Below, in pieces: positions 12,287-24,115 of a stretch of 43,482 bases of DNA. Numbering within the stretch: the stretch's first letter is position 1; each line of letters opens with the position of its first letter. This DNA is from Paraglomus brasilianum. Taxonomy: Eukaryota. The translations under genes and the position numbers were made by a program. The notes beneath the pieces were generated by a model. It ran no database searches. It had not been told where the DNA came from and was given only the letters and a program-made list of their open reading frames with translations. The stretch spans positions 1-43,482 of the forward strand of contig CAJVPI010000197.1 of the NCBI GenBank assembly GCA_910592345.1, read 5' to 3'.

Positions 12287-14975
12287 TTATAGTATATTTT
12301 GAGTCACTAATTGATTGGGAGACATAAATGTTAATGTTAATAATCAAATTACAATTTAGGAATAAAGTTTACATTTTTCATACCTGCAGCTGAGCCCATA
12401 TTATAACTGTTTCTTGGTTTGGGCAAATTCCCAGTGGGTAACAGCCTGCTAGAGTATTTGGTCTCTTTCTCAATGCGTGTTAATGGCCTTGCATTCTCAT
12501 TGTAATAAATGACATTCCAGACGTTATCCTTAAACGTATCAATGTTTGCTTCACGAACGAGATTATGAAGCTCGGCGATATACCAGCAAAGTTTCTCAGC
12601 ATCAGGACGATTGTTCGGATCAGCATCACAACACATCTCCGCAAGTTGTTTGTAAGGCCTTGGTACTGAATCAGGCATCGTTGGCCGCAACCCCCCCAAA
12701 ATATCACACACCAAATACCTATCAAAGTTTCTGTCTCTGAAAGGTGGTTCACCACTTGCGATCTGATACATAAGAATGCCGAAAGCATAAATGTCCGATT
12801 TCTGATTGAATTCACCAGAATAAAAGACTTCCGGTGCAACACAAGGTAAAACTCCGCGAATAACTGAGATATTTGATTTGGATGAATTTGCCAGTTGAGA
12901 AAGTCCAAGATCGCATATAAATGCGTGTAGGTCATGTAGACGAGCATCGGGATAGTGATAGTCTTTCCTGCTATTAAAAACAATATTTCCACCGTGAAGA
13001 TCACAATGTATTAAACCTGTATAGTGAATAGTCCATAGACGATAGGCAATGTCCCTCAAATGATCTAGTTTCATCTTCCACGTCAATCTGTTAATATTCT
13101 GACTTAAATAAGACAAAAGATCACCATCGTTCGCATATTGCATTACGATCATGTATTCTTTTGTCTTCGGATGTTGCGTGACTCCATATATTTGAAGGAA
13201 ATAGTATTTAGAACACATGGCATGATTTTTCAGCTGTCGGATTAAATGGATAAACAGGTCAAATCTCGGTTGTTTAAATTCAAATAATAGCAATCCAGAG
13301 TGCTTACCTCAGAGATAAATAGCTCTGGCATCTGATCAAAACTCCTAAAACATTTCAAAGCAATACGTTGTTTGAATGCCTTATGTTTAGCAATGTAGAC
13401 TGTTCCGTAACCCCCGGCTCCAATCTCTTTAATTTCACAAAAGTCCTTAAACTGCATGAACTCTAATATTAAGTCTTCAAGCGAATCCCTTGAGTTTGTA
13501 ATACGCAAAACTTTGTCTAAAGCCGAACAAGTATCATGGTAGAATACCAAATAACAGTCTCCAGTAAATGGCTCTTGAGTGATACCAATAATCCAAATGT
13601 TGTCCGGCGTTAATATCTCTGGATAGTCTTCAGTCAGCTATTTTAATGGACGATAAAACTATGAATTTAATAATCATAAATGCACATTATTGTACAGTTA
13701 TAAATTCACCTGATGAAAATCAAATGACGAAGCAACTGATCCGTCAACTATCTTCTTAAGTGTCACTCTTATCGACCTGCTTTTATTCTCCGACTGTTTT
13801 AACCAATCCAGCACCTTCTTGAACATCACTTTAATTGTTACAGTTTTATCTGTTTTCGGTTCCAACCAATCCGCTATACGATCCAAAGATGATGTCTCTT
13901 GCATATTCATTAGTTGGGCGTATTCGATCCATTGAATGCCGTTGTCAAACTTATTAGTATAATTTTTCCAAGACGTCATTATAAATGAGTCCAAAGACTT
14001 GTTTCCAGTAGACCAATCAGGAGGTTTTGGTGATTTACATTTCCAACAAAATGCACTTATACTGGCGTCCAGGTGCTCCCGGCATGCCAGACATAACTCA
14101 TAGCCAGAGGCTGTCGGTTTGGTTTTAATTAGAGCGTATTTTTGCCATTCCTTGTGATATGTAAACCCAAGACAAATCCAAATATCTTTGTTGAACATAT
14201 CTGGATAGTTGTCACATAACTAGTAAACATTAGATTATCCGTTATATTACACGTTTATCATTAGCTAAACGTACCGGTACATTCAGGAACATAATCGAAT
14301 AGGCTTTACCTTGCGATAGTATAGATCGTTCGTTTTTTCAGATATCTCAAGTGGGATCAATTCTACCTCACAGCAAACGAGTAGGCTTTTACTAACCATT
14401 ACAGTGTTATTTGATAGATTAACGTTAAGCTGATCGAATGGAATCCATTCTAAATAGGCTTCATTCGCCGATATTGTTTGTAGTTGCGATTTCCTAATAA
14501 ACTGATCAAGCTTCTCGTTGCCGCTAGTCCAACCGTTTGATAATTCTTTATGGCCACAAATACACCAGACTGGACTGCATCGGAGAATTCCACATACGGA
14601 GCAGAATCCATATAGGGAATAACAATGACAAAAATGCTGGTCAGCAACCATATAATAGCAATTGTTATTTTTTGTAAAACCCCTTATCATGTTATTACGC
14701 GTCTCAAGCCATGCTGCATATCTTCTGAAATTATTGATATTCGGTGGACTTTTATAGTCGTGAGTTGGATGCGAATATATCTTACTAAATTCATTGATCA
14801 GTCCATCAAGCCGAAGAAGTAGTGTCATCTCATTCACCATTGTATGGTCATCTCGTACTCGTTTGTGTGTAGCATGATAGAGATTTTGAACAGTAGAGTC
14901 TTGAATTGGCTTTATGTCTGTCAATTCTGAGAAAGAGATCCAGCCACTACTTAATACCTCTGCTGGTAATGACAT
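12287..14975 (-). CDS. Glomeromycotina-type TKL protein kinase with repeated Cys/WTSGN N-terminal modules
   Basis: Exons 14975-14310, 14219-13710, 13637-13308, 13233-12384 and a probable short last exon 12306-12287. Motifs GAGGYGTVY, IALK, YMIVMQYANDGDL, IHCDLHGGNI, DLGLS, APE, KSDIYAFGILM. N-terminal FCSVCGILRCSPVWCICG-WTSGNEKLDQFI-EWIPF. The start may extend further upstream. Confidence 0.88.
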
Positions 14976-16972
14976 TTCGAAGTTATTACTGTCAATGGGA
15001 AATGATGTAACCTTCCTTATTCCTTGCCTGTCCTACGTTACCCCGCACGATACACACCTTGCTATTACGACATACCCAATTTAAGCGAAAGCAACTAGAA
15101 GAAGACGGTCAATTTCCTTTTGTAATTGTCGACAAGGCCTTATTCCATAATTTATACGATCAAACATCAGTTGTTAAATTACCTTACATATCCTTGTTGT
15201 ACCTCAGCAGTCCAGGATCAAGTCAACTCAGTTATAACTTTTGGCTATGCAAATTATCAAACGTTAGTTACTCTTAGATCATCATTATTTCACATATTAT
15301 AATTATTATGCAGTCTGGCAGTTTAAACAAAAGACTGCAAACTGTTATAAAATTTTGATTCTTCATTTGAACGTTGTCAGAATTTAACATCGATAATTGA
15401 AGCACACAGGTATATCGCGAGGAATTCGAGGTGCTCGCTAAAGCCCGGTTTAAGCTGTTTTTATATATTTACAATACTTGTAAAGGAAGAGAATAAAAGC
15501 CCATATAGACGGAGTATTTAGTGAGGGGAGGGGGGAGTGTATCTATTCTCGACTAAATTTATGAGAGACTGTAGTTTACTGGGGGGACCCAGGGCGTGCC
15601 TGGATTGATTGAAGTACACCTCGATAAATCAGTTTTTTTCTTGCCGCTCTTTTCACTATTTAAAATTCTCGATAAGTCGGCCAACGGTCCTTAGTTGAAT
15701 ACATCACTATAGGTGGCTTTACACGATGATTATTATATTGACATTGATTCAAAGTTGGAAGCGACTCAAAGTAATTGATGGCAAACAAATGTCCATAAGG
15801 TAGCTCTGTAAAGTAATGAACATCGAATAAAGTGTAGAAATAAGTTACTCCTCAATGAAGTTTTTACAACAATTGGTATATTATTTATGTTAGGAATGCA
15901 ATTCATTATCAATAGCCAAGAAACCGTCCTTTTCTCTTGTCATAAGCGAACGCATAAAAACCCGGACATAAAGCGAACCAATATGCGTTTTTTGTACCGT
16001 TAGCGTTTTTTGTACAATTGGTTTTCTATAATTGTTTCTATAATTGTGTGTTTGTTGTTTTTTTCACGTGTTTTTTATATCGGCAACTAACTGAATTAGA
16101 TTTTAGACTGAACCGATTTAAGACTGGAACCAGCCCCCGAAGACACGATTTCATGTGTCTAAATGTATTCTCAGCAAGTTTTTGTCACTCGGAATGCATT
16201 AATGCCAATAGTTTTAAAAAAATCGCAAACCAATGAGCTAAATTATTTATTACTGTAAAACAACGGCCAATGCTTTGCTGTAAAATCAAACTGCTCGTAT
16301 ACTAATTAACGTTCCTAGACAATTTTATTTGTAGCGTGTTAATAATTTAAGCTAAAACAATTTCTATATCGAAGACAATGAATATACTGTCTAAATAAAG
16401 CGACGTAAATCTACCGTCCAGGGGCATTAAATGTTCTCACTAATTCGTAATAAGCTTGTACATCCATGAATTTCTATTGAAGATTCCCATCACTATGCTG
16501 GTTCCCGTAAGGCCATTACAAACTTTTCGTAAAACAATGCGCTTTTTTGAAGACAGTACGACTGTGAAGCAAAATCTTGTATAGGTAAGTGTCTATTTAG
16601 TATTTTCTTTTAACAAGAGAGAAAAGCCCTGACGATTGTTGTTTATCTATATACAGACACTACATTAATTAAAATTAGCATTATAACTACATATTTTTCA
16701 GCAGACATGTTGTTATATAGTCAAGATTTCGAATCATTGGGAATTTTTGTTTTTTCTTATACTTCGCTGGATTACAACCTTATCGTACTTGAACTTCTTA
16801 AAGCAACTATTAAGTAGGACATTTTTTAATATATATATCAGAAAGTCCATTAAAACAAAGCTAAATTGCAATTATTATATTGCATGGTGGTTTTTAACAA
16901 AATGACAAGGAATATAATGCTACCGGATTAAGATAATTTCAGAACGAGCTTGCAAAACCACTATGCTAAAAG

Positions 16973-17185
16973 GGGTCCGTATTATTTCATCGACAATCAT
17001 TTCACCGACAGTACATTTCACCGACAATTAACTACCAAAAAAGGATAACTTCGAAATAATGTTGGTGAAGATTTGTCGGTGAAATGATTGTCAGTGAAAT
17101 GATTGTCGACGAAATGATTGTCGGTGAAATGATTGTCGTGAAATGATTGTCGGTGAAATGATTGTCGACGAAATGATTGCCTCCC
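16973..17185. mobile_element. 213-bp foldback-type MITE with modular 15-bp-repeat TIRs and 8-bp TSD
   Basis: Direct repeat GCTAAAAG at 16965-16972 and 17186-17193. Left end GGGTCCGTATTATTTCATCGACAATCATTTCACCGACA aligns without gaps to the reverse complement of the right end GGGAGGCAATCATTTCGTCGACAATCATTTCACCGACA. About 3 units on the left and about 7 units (TGTCGGTGAAATGAT) on the right. Confidence 0.85.
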
Positions 17186-17980
17186 GCTAAAAGTGTATCT
17201 TATTAATATGGTTAACTCAAATTATTAAAACAGTAACACGTAGCACCTGTGTATTGACGAGATGGTCCAAGCATACTACATTCTTTGTAGAGTTTTCTCC
17301 TTACTTTTGCTATGTCAGATGACAGAAAAAAAAACTTTATTTAGTTAGTGGTGACACATTATTACACGCCATCTAAGTTAAGGTTTGATAATTTTATAAA
17401 TTTAAAAATATGTTATAATTGCTTTCTATAACACTGCTAGCAAACAAGCGAGTCGGAGAAGTTCTGGAATATAGCCATCGGTTAGGACAGTAATCGGCTT
17501 TGTCTATTGTCGTAATATTTGTAAAGATTTACAAATATCCAGTATACGTCCTTTTTATCTGTGTACGTTGCACAACTATTAGAAAGAATACGCCCTAGTA
17601 AAAATTATCTTGCAAGTGTTACATACGCATCTGTCTCTCAAAAACCAATGTCACATACTTCGCTGTGTATGTTTTTATCGGATAAGGCAAGTTATGCTAT
17701 ACTAGGTCGTGAGGGACTATCTCTAAGCAAATTTAGTATCCTAATACACAATGAATGTATGTGGTAGCAATTTTATTTATTTACTTATTAATATTATCTA
17801 CATTTTGTTTTCAGAAAAACTATTCCCAATAGCAAAGCCACCACAGTTAGATTACGACTTTACAAAGGGGAGCTCTAATAAAGAATCAATTTTCACAATA
17901 TACACAGAGAAATCAAAGTATTTACAATCAAAATGTGTAGAAATAATGATGTCCATCACACACATAATCCGCAGGCGACT

Positions 17981-18220
17981 TTAGTAACTTTCTTTTTCGT
18001 AAGGTGACTGCCACTGTATCCAGATTTCATCGGAACATTCCCGAAATCTTCCAGCAGGTAGTCGATCCAGCGTAGGGTCATGTTTACACGGATCCCACGC
18101 ATCTTTGCGTGGCCATGGCGCGGAGACAGTTAACGTGGTATTTGATATGAGAAGGAAGAAGAAAAGAACTATTGTAAGAGAATGCGTGCGTGCGCTAGAC
18201 CGAGTTGTAGATCTGTACAT
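17981..18220 (-). CDS. Candidate small secreted protein (79 aa)
   Basis: ATG in ACAAAATG context, basic N-region, hydrophobic core LTIVLFFFLLI, plausible VSA-P cleavage, then a 45-aa mature part with 2 Cys and 4 Trp. No homology recognised. Confidence 0.5.
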   Translation of the reverse strand: MYRSTTRSSARTHSLTIVLFFFLLISNTTLTVSAPWPRKDAWDPCKHDPTLDRLPAGRFRECSDEIWIQWQSPYEKESY

Positions 18221-20319
18221 TTTGTAAGCGTGATTAATAATAACGTTCGTTGAGTGTATTTGTCGTCTCGTCCTCGTTCTTTTACTTCACACTGCTGGTT
18301 ATGGGTTTTGTTTCGTCAGTCAACTTTTTTCCACTTGTTTTCTCTTGACTTTGTTCTTTTCGGCATAAAATCATGCAAACCGGGCAATAAGGAATAACCC
18401 TCTGCTGTGTTAGTGTTCACTGCTGCTATCACAGATAGACTTTTCTCAGCAAAGGTGAACGTAAAATAGTATACGCAACTCGTGAAAGCAGTTATGCAAC
18501 TCGACAGAGTTGAAAATCAAAATTTTTACGAGGATGACATATTTATATATTGAACATGCAATATGGTGTAATATGCAACATGACAAATGGGTCATTACAG
18601 TTAATTGAATAAGTAATATATTGGGCGCAGCTTACATACAAACGACATGGTAAAGGGTTGGCTGCCTTGTATGGAGTAAGCCAACTAATTATAGCACAAA
18701 TAAACAACAAAAAAGATAATAATATAAAATACACACCCTATATAAGGTTATTCGGACTTCTGTATCTATTACCTAAACAGTATTAGTATACAAAGGAAAT
18801 TTCCATCTATTTTCATTTGTCAAATCACTGTCCCCATTGTTGATGCATCCTCGTATAACCGTACTCACTATGAGTTTTGCCATCTTCATCTATGACGGAG
18901 CTCATTTCATGCATCTCCGCACATCAATTTAACTATATTGGTATGTAGATAACGTATCTCCCTATATCGGGTATGACGTTTTTTTATTTACTTTACTATG
19001 AATAGAATTCAGACTGTATCACCTTCGGAGAGTTTTTTATACTTTGCCAAGAGTGCGTGAGAGGCTGAAGCGCAAGGGGGAGAAGAAAATATTGAGAGAG
19101 AGAGATACAAGATATTGAAACGAGTCAAGGTGAGGTGCGTTGATATGAGTTACGATAGTTGCAATATGAGAGCTTTATCGACAGGATAGTAATAGTGTAA
19201 TACGACTTGATAAACAAGTGTTACTATCTGTTACACATTGGTAGAACCTGTCACAGCAAATATTGTTTACACATCTGATTCAAAGATCACGATAAAGTAC
19301 CCGCCTGTTCCGGATTAACACTTCCTTTATCCTCCAATGCTTATCCCATACTGTTTATTTCAGTTAAATATCTGCTCTTATTTGCTTCTCTGTTTGCTTG
19401 CTTACAGTAACCCGCTCACATTATTCGAATTTCAAGCACACCTCCTTCAAACTTTATTGAAGCATTCTCCGAGACATAAACAATGAAAACCTTAATAATA
19501 CTTATTGCAAAGCGAACAATCGTAGGTAGATTATATTTTATTCGTTACACGTACAAGCTTCTTTTATGAGCAGCTTGTGCATCGGATAGAGGAAAATGAG
19601 TTATCTATCAGTTGGCAACAAAAGTACACAGTGAAAGTCGATACAATAGACTGTCGCTATTTACGGACCTTTTCTCTGGGACGGAATTTTTTACTAAATA
19701 ATATTTGGTATAAACTCGCAGTGATATTACGGACTAAAACGCTGGTCCCGAACAGTCCGTTATATTGACTTCACTGTGATGAGATTTGACGATACTAGTT
19801 GTCTACTAATATATTATGATATTGTCAAAAACTCCAACATATGTACCCCCCTCCCCATGAGATGTACCCTCCACTAGTTTTCAGAAGACAGATTTTGATT
19901 TAATAACAATGGTTTTGGCCCTTTGATTTATAGCCCATTCTGTTTTTTCTTTTAGTACTGATTTGAAAGTATATAGATACACGCAGTGATCATATGTTAA
20001 GTCAGTTACATTGACAATATATCAATATTATTTCGCGTTGTGTCACTCTTTTTTCCAATCAGCAATTGTGTGTCAGGCAGATGTAACCCCCTTACAGGAG
20101 TACCCAGGTACTAAAGTTAGTATAGAGTTACACAGAATGTGCGTATCAAGTGACAAGACTCCCACTTTGGTATAACTTGCAATATGAAAAGAACAATAAA
20201 TGACACTATACGATATTGATAGAACTGCTAATATTGTGTTGCCGGAAAGCACTGGCGACAGTCACCAATTTTTATATTGCCTAATACGCATCTTTTACGA
20301 TCTTCATATATCAAATATT

Positions 20320-22334
20320 TTTTCTTTATTGAAGTCAAGCTTATACGGATGGACATCAATAGTAGGCATTAACAATTTCCTGCTGGAGAGAATCAAGCAG
20401 GTCCCGGAGAAAGATTTTCCGAGCGCCAGTCTCATCTCGATCCATTACAGTCCCACTTGTACATCTCGGACCCTCCTGTTTTTTGAACGCCAGCTGCAAG
20501 TTTTTTGAAGTATAGGTCTCATTTTGGATAATAACATGGATCCCTATTTCTTCTGCTTTAGCCATCAGACGTTGGCAAAATTAATTAGTAGCCCAACAGA
20601 GCATTTTACGAACGGTTTTTCGTATTATCTTTCTTGTTTTCGATTTACCATATTCGATACCTCAAAAGGAGGAATGATAGTGGCATCAAATTCGCGAGTA
20701 AAAAATGCGACACGCTTTTTATGAACTTCACTGTGCAGGTGTTTGATTTTTGTCGCATCTGAAAGATTGCCTTATCAAGTCGCAAGGCCTTTTTCCTCTT
20801 ACATTTTGAACTAGAGAAAGCTTTATAGAAAGAAGATTATCCATATGTTTGCATAGACGAATAATTCGTCCAATGTCGTATTGGCCAATTTTACCTACAC
20901 CGTTGGTGGGGGGGGGGGGGGGTACCGTGAGGAGGGTGAACGAACGTCAAGGTCAATGGAAACTGCATGAACAGAACCATCCGCTTGGGTTTCGCGGAGT
21001 TGTTTTTGCGTCTCGTAAACCCCATGCAAATCTCCATTCATTAGTTTTGCGCATATATGTGATCTTGCAATCGGACGCTATTCTGTGAGGAACAGGCCAC
21101 TTATTATTATGCTTTTTTTTTCCTCGAAATGAAGAGGCCACAAATCGCGTTTGTCGTCCAGAGTAATAACAGGCTTATGGCGGTGTGCGGAAAGTAGTGA
21201 TGGATTATGGAGATGGGTGATATAAAAATGGTTCCATGTGAAAATTATTATGTCATCAATCTTTTCGAGATCGACGAACTTTGCTGATTCGTATATTATG
21301 GTTAATTATCTTGTCCCTAATACTAAAATTAGTCGAATAAAATAAATAAAATAAATAAATAAAAAATAAAAAAAAAATTCGAAAAATAACAATCATATAC
21401 AGTACCTAGCAGTTAATGGTTCATCAATCGGCTCATCGATAGTTTGCCATGTATACCTTGAAGCAGCATTTCAATACGCACAACAGTTCGCACGGAATTT
21501 GTGTTCAACCCATACGCATGATTTTTGAAGTCTCTTTTCCTCATGTTCATTAACATCTTTTCCTACACGAATATCTGTGTAAAGCTTAAGCTTATCTTCC
21601 ATGGGTTGTGATGGACCAATATGCGAATCCTTGGTATAGAAACGGCGGTATCGACTCCAGTGGACAACTGCACTATAAGCAAGCCCGTCAACCGTTTCAA
21701 TGGTTGCTTTTGAAGGTGAATTGGATATACTTGATTAGCAGCATATGATTGAGAGCTTTCAAGTGTTGTCATTTGTTGCGTGCCCTGATCTTGCGCTTTT
21801 TTCCTAGTTTGGGGTTCTCATTGGACAACTCTTATTCCTTACTTGATTGCAAGGATATCTTGGGAAAGTTACGTGCTCGTCGGAGGTCGCTTCGTTGACG
21901 ACAACCATGAGTTTTGTAGTATGGGAGAAGTGGATGAGGTCGCGGCAGAGTCGGTCACTACAATTTCTGAGACCATGCCGCGACTTTTCCGTTCCAATAA
22001 AGTCTTAAGTTCGTAGGGGAGTTGACGGGTTTGTAGTGACGAATTCGTACCTCTTTTGCTTGAACCCCTTTTTGGTGTGGTGGTGGTGGTGTTAGCGTTG
22101 GGGAGAGAGTTTATGAGTTTACGATTTTGAATGATTTTGATTTCAAATAAGCAACGATTAAAGAATTTGTCCTTAAATATGTTTATGTTTGTCGGTATTT
22201 GAATGGCGAAAACCCGAAAACGCGCATGAAACATGCAATCTTATATGGGCCTGTCACCTGTGCTTGCATTGAATGAAGCTATTGTCTACGAAAACGTTTC
22301 TGAAGCTTTGACTACGAGCATACAACTTTCTCGC
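20320..22334 (-). mobile_element. Decayed Fanzor/TnpB (Fanzor2-like) element, copy 1
   Basis: Fragments across frameshifts: QVYPIHLQKQPLKRLTGL (N-terminal HTH region), VSIDLDVR (RuvC-I, ~20940-20963), GQYDIGRIIRLCKHMDNLLS, IIPPFEVSNMV, MAKAEEIGIHVIIQNETYTSK, GTVMDRDETGARKIFLR (RuvC-III). Colinear with 29235-31013. Confidence 0.85.
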
Positions 22335-24115
22335 CAGGTTCAGCATCGTGTTGCTAGTATCAGACACGATTTTTTATGCGTTTTGTTCGAACTGACTCTC
22401 CATTATTGGTACTAATCTAACTCAATGATGTCAATACATTATTGTGGTCAGAAATATATATTATATTCCATATTTAGGCACAACTCGAGAGTCCAGACCA
22501 CCTGTAACTCCACATTCGCGAAAAGCGTTCTTAACCGAGAAATTTTATTTTTATTTTGCTTATGTGCAATCGCTAAAGGAAAAAGATGGGGCGAAAGCGT
22601 TCGATGCATTGAGGACTCTGATAAATCAGAAAAGTTAAACCTTGAGAACAAGTTGATGAACTCTTAAGGCGAAGGGCGACTCCTGCAAGCGAAAAGTCTG
22701 AATTATAATTGTCAGTGATTGATTTACTTCATTTACAAACAATTAATATAGAATATAGTAAAAGAGTTGACTAATCACTAATAAATAAGTCTATTCAACT
22801 TTCTTTTTGCTATGCAATTCCACCTTTCTCTTCGGCTTTAAGTTTATCGTAACCCTATTGAAGTGCGAATGTGTGATCCAATCACTATTCTAATTCTTAA
22901 TCACGTGGAAAAATAACCGTATCGAACTTCGATATTTATAACGAAGGAATTTTAACTAGTTCAAAAACGGGGAAGCAATAATAATAATCACTTCGATAAA
23001 ATAAAATTCGGTATAATGAGACTTTATTGTTATTGTATCTTAAAACTTTTGTATAAGAACGAAATAGAATGATTATCTCGATAAAATCCATAGTATGGTG
23101 CAAACGGCTTAGCGCATCCAACATTTCCAACAACTTTGATTTTCAGCGCCGCCCTAATATTAATATACGATTGGATTGGTGGATACAAACTACGTGGCTA
23201 CATTGTTACAAGTCTCTGAATTCTTCCAAAACGGTTGCAGGAACTCGACGATGAGATCGATATCGCTTAACTGCAAAAACAGCTGCCTTACCTGAAAGTC
23301 CAAGGTTCTGGCATATTTGGTTGCATTCTATCTACAAATTCATCACTTGTTGATGGCATCTCGAGATTGTCTAGTGCGTTTATTTGATTTTGGCATAATT
23401 CTGTTAATTAATCACGATATGGCATAAAATGTCGCAACTTCAACAATGAAAACGTTAGAATTTTGACCAATAAAATCGCACATTATGGTTTCTCAAACAT
23501 TTGATGCACCATAGGAAGTTTTCGTTATTCAAAGACAGAATGATTGAATAGTAATTGTCTATTGCTCAATAAGTCACATGACAATTATATAAATATAATT
23601 CACGGAAAACATTAAGGGATAATTCAGATAATGGTTTGATTTGAGTGGAAGAGCAAGATGCTTATTACATTACTACAATGAGGAACGTTGCACCGCAGAA
23701 AAAAAAAAAAAAGGAAAAAAAGAAATCACATGGATAGTCAACATGCTGAAATGTACAACAATGATTTTATATCTTTCGAAGCTCTTGTCTTTCAGCACGT
23801 TTATGAGAGTTCTTGCCAAAGGCAAAACTTGGTTACTCCGAAGACTATGCATTAATACTTGCTGATAATCTGCAGAATTAATTTCACACGGTGTCGTACT
23901 TAAAAGGTTCTTAGAATTGTTCAAACCTAAATATGGAATCACGAGATCAAAACATACCCTTCATTGTATGACCAATTTTGGATAATGCTATACCAACATT
24001 CAACAATAGAATTGGGTAGTTAATTTGCCTTGTGTTTCCTGTACTACAAAATATTGCTCGTTACTTATAAGCCATCCACGTTGACTCGTGGCAAACCAAC
24101 GTGATTGACTTCATA

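Noticed and set aside
17074..17180. Tandem 15-bp repeats as a CRISPR array
   Set aside because: Units are contiguous with no unique spacers and are mirrored at 16985-17027. They are MITE TIR modules.
20908..20922. 15-G run as a regulatory G-quadruplex
   Set aside because: It corresponds to TCT CCT (Ser-Pro) codons in the sister Fanzor copy, so it is a homopolymer expansion or sequencing slip.
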